A stretch of 64,000 bases of DNA from NCBI RefSeq assembly GCF_009914755.1, contig NC_060936.1, one strand, 5' to 3'. Below the pieces are notes generated by a model, which saw nothing but the letters and a program-made list of their open reading frames with translations, was not told the origin of the DNA and ran no database searches. A program made the position numbers and the translations under genes. Position 1 is the first letter of the stretch. Every line of letters begins with the position of its first letter. The DNA is from the human T2T-CHM13v2.0 reference genome, Homo sapiens. Below, piece after piece: positions 58,581 through 64,000 of the stretch.

Positions 58581-59116
58581 AATATATTTCCCTCTGTCTA
58601 GGTTCTCATCAGTTGAAAAAACTGAACTATCTGTTAATTATCAGCTTTTTTCTTCTTTGGCAAGCAGAATAAACCACATTAAATGCACACATCAATTGTA
58701 AGAAGCAGCTGAATCTCAGAAACACCAAAGTACGAAAAGTGTGCATCTTCAAATCAAGGAAAGCATATTATCACCATTATGAGGACCAGTCTGCCAAGAA
58801 TCTTTCATAGGATGCTGAATATTTAGATGTGATCCTACTGTTAAAATCTTTCCTTTCTTGGTGGTTTCTAGATACTTTGTAGCTCCTAAATCATGCATTA
58901 AGTTTAGTGTGTAGTTACTTGTGTCTGTCTCCCCTATTAATATGTGGTCTCTGTGTAATATGTCCCCAGCACATCGTGGGTAATCCATAGACTATGAAAT
59001 TAAATGGAATCAGACCAAGCTGGGGGTGGTATAGAGTGAGAGGTGACCGTAGGGCCCCAGGCCCGAACTCAGAAGAATGGGCCGTAAGCTTGGTGCCAAA
59101 TGAATGCAACAAGCAG

Positions 59117-59441
59117 TTTTTTGTTGTTGTTGGTGGTGGTGGTGGTGGTGGTGGTGGTTTTTTATTTTTGTTTAGTTTTTTTGTTTGTTTGTTTTTTGAG
59201 ATGGAGTTTCACTCTGTGGCCCAGGCTGGAGTGTGATGTCTTGATCTCAGCTCACTGCAACCTCTGCCTTATGGGTTCAAGTGATGCTCCTGCCTCAACC
59301 TCCTGAGTAGCTGGGATTACAGGTGTCTGCCACCACACCCGGCTAATTTTTGTATTTTTAGTAGAGACGGGTTTTCACCATGTTGGTCAGGCTGGTCTCG
59401 AACTCCTGACCTTGTGATCTGCCTGCCTCGGCCTCCCAAAG
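59117..59441 (-). mobile_element. Alu (AluSg-like), missing ~40 bp of its 5' end, with (TGG)n in the tail
   Basis: Alu sequence stops at CCTCCCAAAGT; (GTT)/(GGT) run at ~59122-59158. Confidence 0.92.
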
Positions 59442-61094
59442 TTGGATTTGCTCTAGTCCCGGGCTTCTCTGCCAGGGAAAATTGTTCTGATGGTGTTTGG
59501 CCCCTCCAAGCCTGTCTCTAATGGGATGGGGAAGTCAGCTTCGGCTTCGGTGCCCAGAAGCTGTGAGCCTCTCCAGTCTGCTGCCTCCTTGGCTTTGGGT
59601 CCTCTTTCTGTGTGGCATTCTCTACCTCCACAATGACACTGAAATTGTGTCCTGCGGGAGAAGCAGCTATGAGGCCATTGAGCATCATTACCCAGAGGAC
59701 GGGATGACTGGGGAGTGATGTTCTGCCTGGCGTTCCAGGGTCTCCTTATTGCAAGTTGGCACTTGTCCCTTCAGGCCCCAGCAGCTTCTCCCTCCTCTGA
59801 CAGATCACAGAAAGCTTAGTTGACAGGAGTTTGAGGAAGCAGCTCCCCAGTGTCTGAGCCCAGGAACAATTGCTGAAGGCAAGGATGGCCTGTGCTTTAC
59901 TTCCCTCACCTACAGACTTTTGAAGAAACTGGCCAGAGGCCCACCTTGTTTTCGGCTTCCTCTCAGCAGAAATATCAGAAATGCAGAAAAGGAGGCAGAC
60001 ACCCTTGAGGCTTTCCTAGTGAACTCCAGCCTGACCTGCTGGAGTCAATTAAATGCACAAACTGCCCTTGGCCTCATTCACTGCAACTGCTCAGCAGCTA
60101 GTGAGGAGAATATTCTGGATTTAGAGAATATTTGTTGATTGGTACAGGAGAGGGATCTAAACAGTCAAAACTCTGAGCTATATGCATTGAAAACACATAA
60201 CTCAGTATTTGAGTTAAACATACATGGAATTTTATTATCGGGGTGTTTGGACAGAATAGGCTTCTCTTTCCCATAATTGTTCATATCACCTTTCTACTGC
60301 TGTATTTTAACAACCACCTCTCTGTTGACCTCCATACCTGATTCATATGCTTATTTACTGCATGGCTCACCCAAACGTTACTGTTAACTACAAAGTAGCT
60401 TCTCAAGGACAGGGACCAGTCTCCTCCAGTTATTTTATTCCCAATTTGTATCTTAGTGCTCAAGACATGGGTGTTTAATAAATGTTTACAAAATATTAGT
60501 GTTACCATCAACATCATGATCTCTAGTCATTATTGTTTTATGCCTGACACCTGCTCCACAGAGGATACCTTGATTGTTCTTTTTTTTTTTTTAAACCAAA
60601 CCTCATACCTCATCCTGATGGTACCTCACTTCCTATTTTGGAAAGACTGAAACGATTAAGCATGCATGAGCAGTCATGGACCTCTAGTCTTCATTGAAAC
60701 ATTACTATCTTACTTAGATTTTCAGAGATTTTAAGCATTTTAATAGAACTTATCAAATATTTTCTCTCATCTTTGCTGCCCAACTTTTCAAGCAGATGTC
60801 CAAGCATGCTGACATCCTTTCCTACCCATCAGCTCCTTTTTTGAACCTCACTTTCTCCTGTAAGCTGGCTTCCATCTATCCTCCTCTTCAGGAATCATAC
60901 ACTTTTTCTGCACCAAAATCTTCTTGATAAATTGTAACTACCCCTTTCTCCTTTTATTTCTTTACTTGCTTAAATATTATGAAATTGCACTTTCCTAGCT
61001 CTCCCTCATTCTTATAATCATTTTTCTCTGCTTGATAGGTCCTGCTATCGCAGTGGTAGAAGACTCAAGCCAGGACTTTTAGAGCTTGTAGGTG

Positions 61095-61455
61095 CTGAGG
61101 TAATCAGGAATGCTTTCACCAATATTCCAGTCCTCTGTCTGAGCACACGGTGAGACGGAACTTCTCAGCTGCCTCAAAGGTAAGTGTAGCTAAATATCTA
61201 GTTTGGGCCAACGGAAAGTGAGTGGCGGTGATGTGTCAGTTCAAGGCAGAAGTTTTTAAAACAGTGTGATTCATCATGTTTCTTTTTCCATATCTCAACA
61301 ATGCTGAAGGATGAAGGAGGAGGCTCCCTCAGCCTGGTTATCTGGGTGGAGATGATACAGAGCAAAGCCCTTCCTCCAAGCCCATCTAGAGAGGACATGT
61401 CATGTGAGTAAAAAAATAGAACTTTCCGATTTTCGGTCACTGAAATTTAAAGGTT
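61095..61455 (+). mobile_element. MLT1I/J-like MaLR LTR
   Basis: GGCTCCCTCAGCCTGG; GGACATGTCATGTGAG; CACTGAAATTTAAGGTTG. Confidence 0.55.
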
Positions 61456-62050
61456 GTGTCAGGGATTCCCAAGACCATTCTTAGGCTCAGTTATTCTCTA
61501 GAAAGACTCACATGACTCAGAAACCATCGTAATTACAGTTGCAGTTTATTACAAGGAAAGGGTACAAATCAAAACGAACAAAGGGAAAGGGCACATCTTG
61601 CCAAATCCAGGAGAAACCAGGTGCAAGTTTCCAGGTGTCCTTGTCCAGCAGAATCGCACAGGAATACTCTTAATTCTCCAGGCAGTGATGTGTGGCAACA
61701 TGTGAAATACTGCCAAACAGGGAGGCTCACCTAAGCCTTGAGGTCTAGACTTTTAACTGGAGGTCAGTCCCATAGGCATGTACATATGAATGACCTCAGT
61801 TACTCAGACTCAAGTCCCCTCCAGATTAAAAAGAGGCATTCACCATAAAGATAATCTTGTCTGGTCAAACTGGTACAGGATGGCCTAAAGCCTCAGATGT
61901 ACAAAAACACTCTTATCAGGCAGAATGTTCCAAGGGTTTAGGAGTTATCTTCCAGGAGCAATCCAAGAACCAATGCTGAAGACAAGCCTTTCTTTGGAAT
62001 ATGCAGAGTATGAAAAACCTAGGCTTACAGAGTTTATTCTTTCCTGCCCA
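61456..62050 (-). mobile_element. MER21-like LTR inserted in the MLT1
   Basis: TGTCAGGGATTCCCAAGACCA...GACTCACATGACTCAG; TCCAGGAGAAACCAGGTGCAAG. Confidence 0.7.
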
Positions 62051-62099
62051 GGGAGTTGATTTTGGGGGTCATACAGCCTCTTTTGATTGTTATAGAAAC

Positions 62100-64000
62100 C
62101 CAAGTCATTTCCAGTTTTGAAACACTCATTATACTAAAAAATGAAGAAATGTCCAAACAAAACTATAAAGAAAGGTGAAATAATGTAAATATTTACATTT
62201 AGTAAAATGAAACTTTGGAAATAAGGCTTTTGGAGACATATAAACACTGAAGGAATTCATTACCTGGAGATCAACACTGTAAGAAATCTTAGGGAGAGTC
62301 CTCCAGGGAGAAGGAAAATGACACCAGATGGAAATCTGGATCTACACAAAGAAGTGAAGAGCCCCACACATGATACTTACAAAGGTAATTACAAAAGACT
62401 TGGTATTCTTTTTAAAAATCTTTTTATTTTAATGATAATTGACTATTTAAAGAGAAAATAGTAATATATTTTGGGGTTTATGCCATATGACAACAATAAT
62501 AGCACAAAGGCTGTTGGGATAAATGGAAGCATATTGTTGTAATATTTTTACATTATAAATAAAGTCTACTTGAAGGTAGACTCTAATAAGTTAAAGATAT
62601 AAGCTATAAACCATAAAGCAGCCTCTAAAGTAACACAGATGTAGTTATACCTAATAACCCAACAAAGGAGATCAAATGGTATCACAAAAATACTCATACA
62701 AAGATGCAGGAAAAACAGGAACAAGGGAACAAAGAATAGCTAAGACAAATAGAAAACAAAGAGTGAAATGAGAGTGAAAAACCTAAATGTCAACTAAATA
62801 TCTCAATTAGAGGACAGAGATAACCAGATTTGATTTTTTAAAAAGAAGGAAACCTAACTGTATGCTGCCTCATAAGAAACCCACTTTAAATATAATACCA
62901 CAAGGATATCAAAAGAAAAGTGATGGAAAAAGATATTCCGTGCTGACACTAATCAAAATAAAGTTGAAGTGACTTTATTAATATCAGAGGGAGTAGATTC
63001 AGGAGCAAAGAAAATTACCAAGGCTAAAGAAGGTCATCTCATAATGATAAAAGGGTCAATTCATAAAAAAAGCATCTGTGCATCTGACAAAATATATGTC
63101 ACAAAGACAGAGAACTAAGGAGAAATAGACAAAATCATAATTTTAGTTGCAGATTTAAATACCCCTTCAATAATTGATACAAGTAGACCAAAAATCAGTA
63201 AGTGAATAGAAGATTTGAAAAACACTATGAATCAACTTGACATAATTGAAATTTATGTAATTCTCCACCCAACAACAGTATAATACACATTCTTTTCAAG
63301 TATACATGGAATATTTTCTGAGAGAGACCACATTCTGGGCTATAAACCATGTCTCAATAAAATTTTTAAAATTCAAGTCATAAAAATATTTTATCTGATT
63401 ATTAAGCAATTAAATTATAAATCAATGGCAAAAAGATATCTGGAAAAATCTTCAAAATTTGGAAACTAACGTATATCTCAATAATTTAAAGATCAAAGAA
63501 GAAATCAAAAAGGAAAATTAGAAGGCATTTTGAACTAGATACAAATGGAAACAATATTTTGAAACTTGTGAGATGCAGCTAAGTCCCACAAATTTCCCAT
63601 CAATTTAGAGGGAAATGTATAGGATTAAATGTCTGCATAAGAAATTAAAGGTCTAAAGTCAGTGCTTCTACTGTAAGAAGCTAGCAAATTAAGATCCAAT
63701 AAAACCAAAGTAAGCAGAAGAAATAATAAATATAAAAATTATAATGGATATCATTGGAATAGAAAAAGAGAAATTAGTGAAATCAAAAGCTGATCCTTTG
63801 AGATGAATAAAACTGATAAATCTCTAATTAGACTGATCAGAAAAAAGAGATGGAGGGAGAGAGATGGATAGAGAAAGGAGACATGACATTTCCAGTGTCA
63901 AGATGAGAAAGGTGACTTTACTACAAATTGTATAGATATGAAAAAACTAATAAGGGAATTTTGAGAAAAGATTTATTTTAATAAATTTGAAAATGGATAA
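62100..64000 (+). mobile_element. Ancient L1M element (ORF1 end, inter-ORF region, ORF2 endonuclease region); continues beyond the window
   Basis: Degenerate EN motifs (TGCTGCCTCATAAGAAACCCAC; ATAATGATAAAAGGGTCAATTCAT; GACCACATTCTGGGC). Confidence 0.8.

Noticed and set aside
59445-60140. GC-richer non-repeat stretch as a possible enhancer or exon
   Set aside because: No CpG island, clear splice pair or recognisable motif cluster; not supportable from sequence alone

Overview
Primate (most likely human) genomic DNA, about two-thirds interspersed repeat, with no intact protein-coding gene. It holds two minus-strand olfactory-receptor pseudogenes of the OR8S/OR8T type: a nearly intact 918-bp copy with one internal nonsense codon (43351-44268) and a short 5' remnant (~18465-18656). 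By recall, not by search, these fit OR8T1P and OR8S21P of the human 12q13 OR8S1 cluster. The rest is a layered retrotransposon record: a full-length L1PA3-type element nested in an older L1PA6/7-type element, a full-length L1PA4-type element, truncated L1PA/L1PB/L1M copies, ten Alus, several MaLR/ERV1 solo LTRs and a ~610-bp alternating purine-pyrimidine tract containing long perfect palindromes. I do not find a credible undescribed biological system. The best observations are mechanistic: one TTTTAAAA site apparently hit by three insertions, open ORF0 homologues in three L1 5' UTRs, a 120-bp perfect palindrome, and a triplicated hairpin downstream of the near-intact OR. Repeat subfamily calls are by eye and boundaries of old repeats are approximate.
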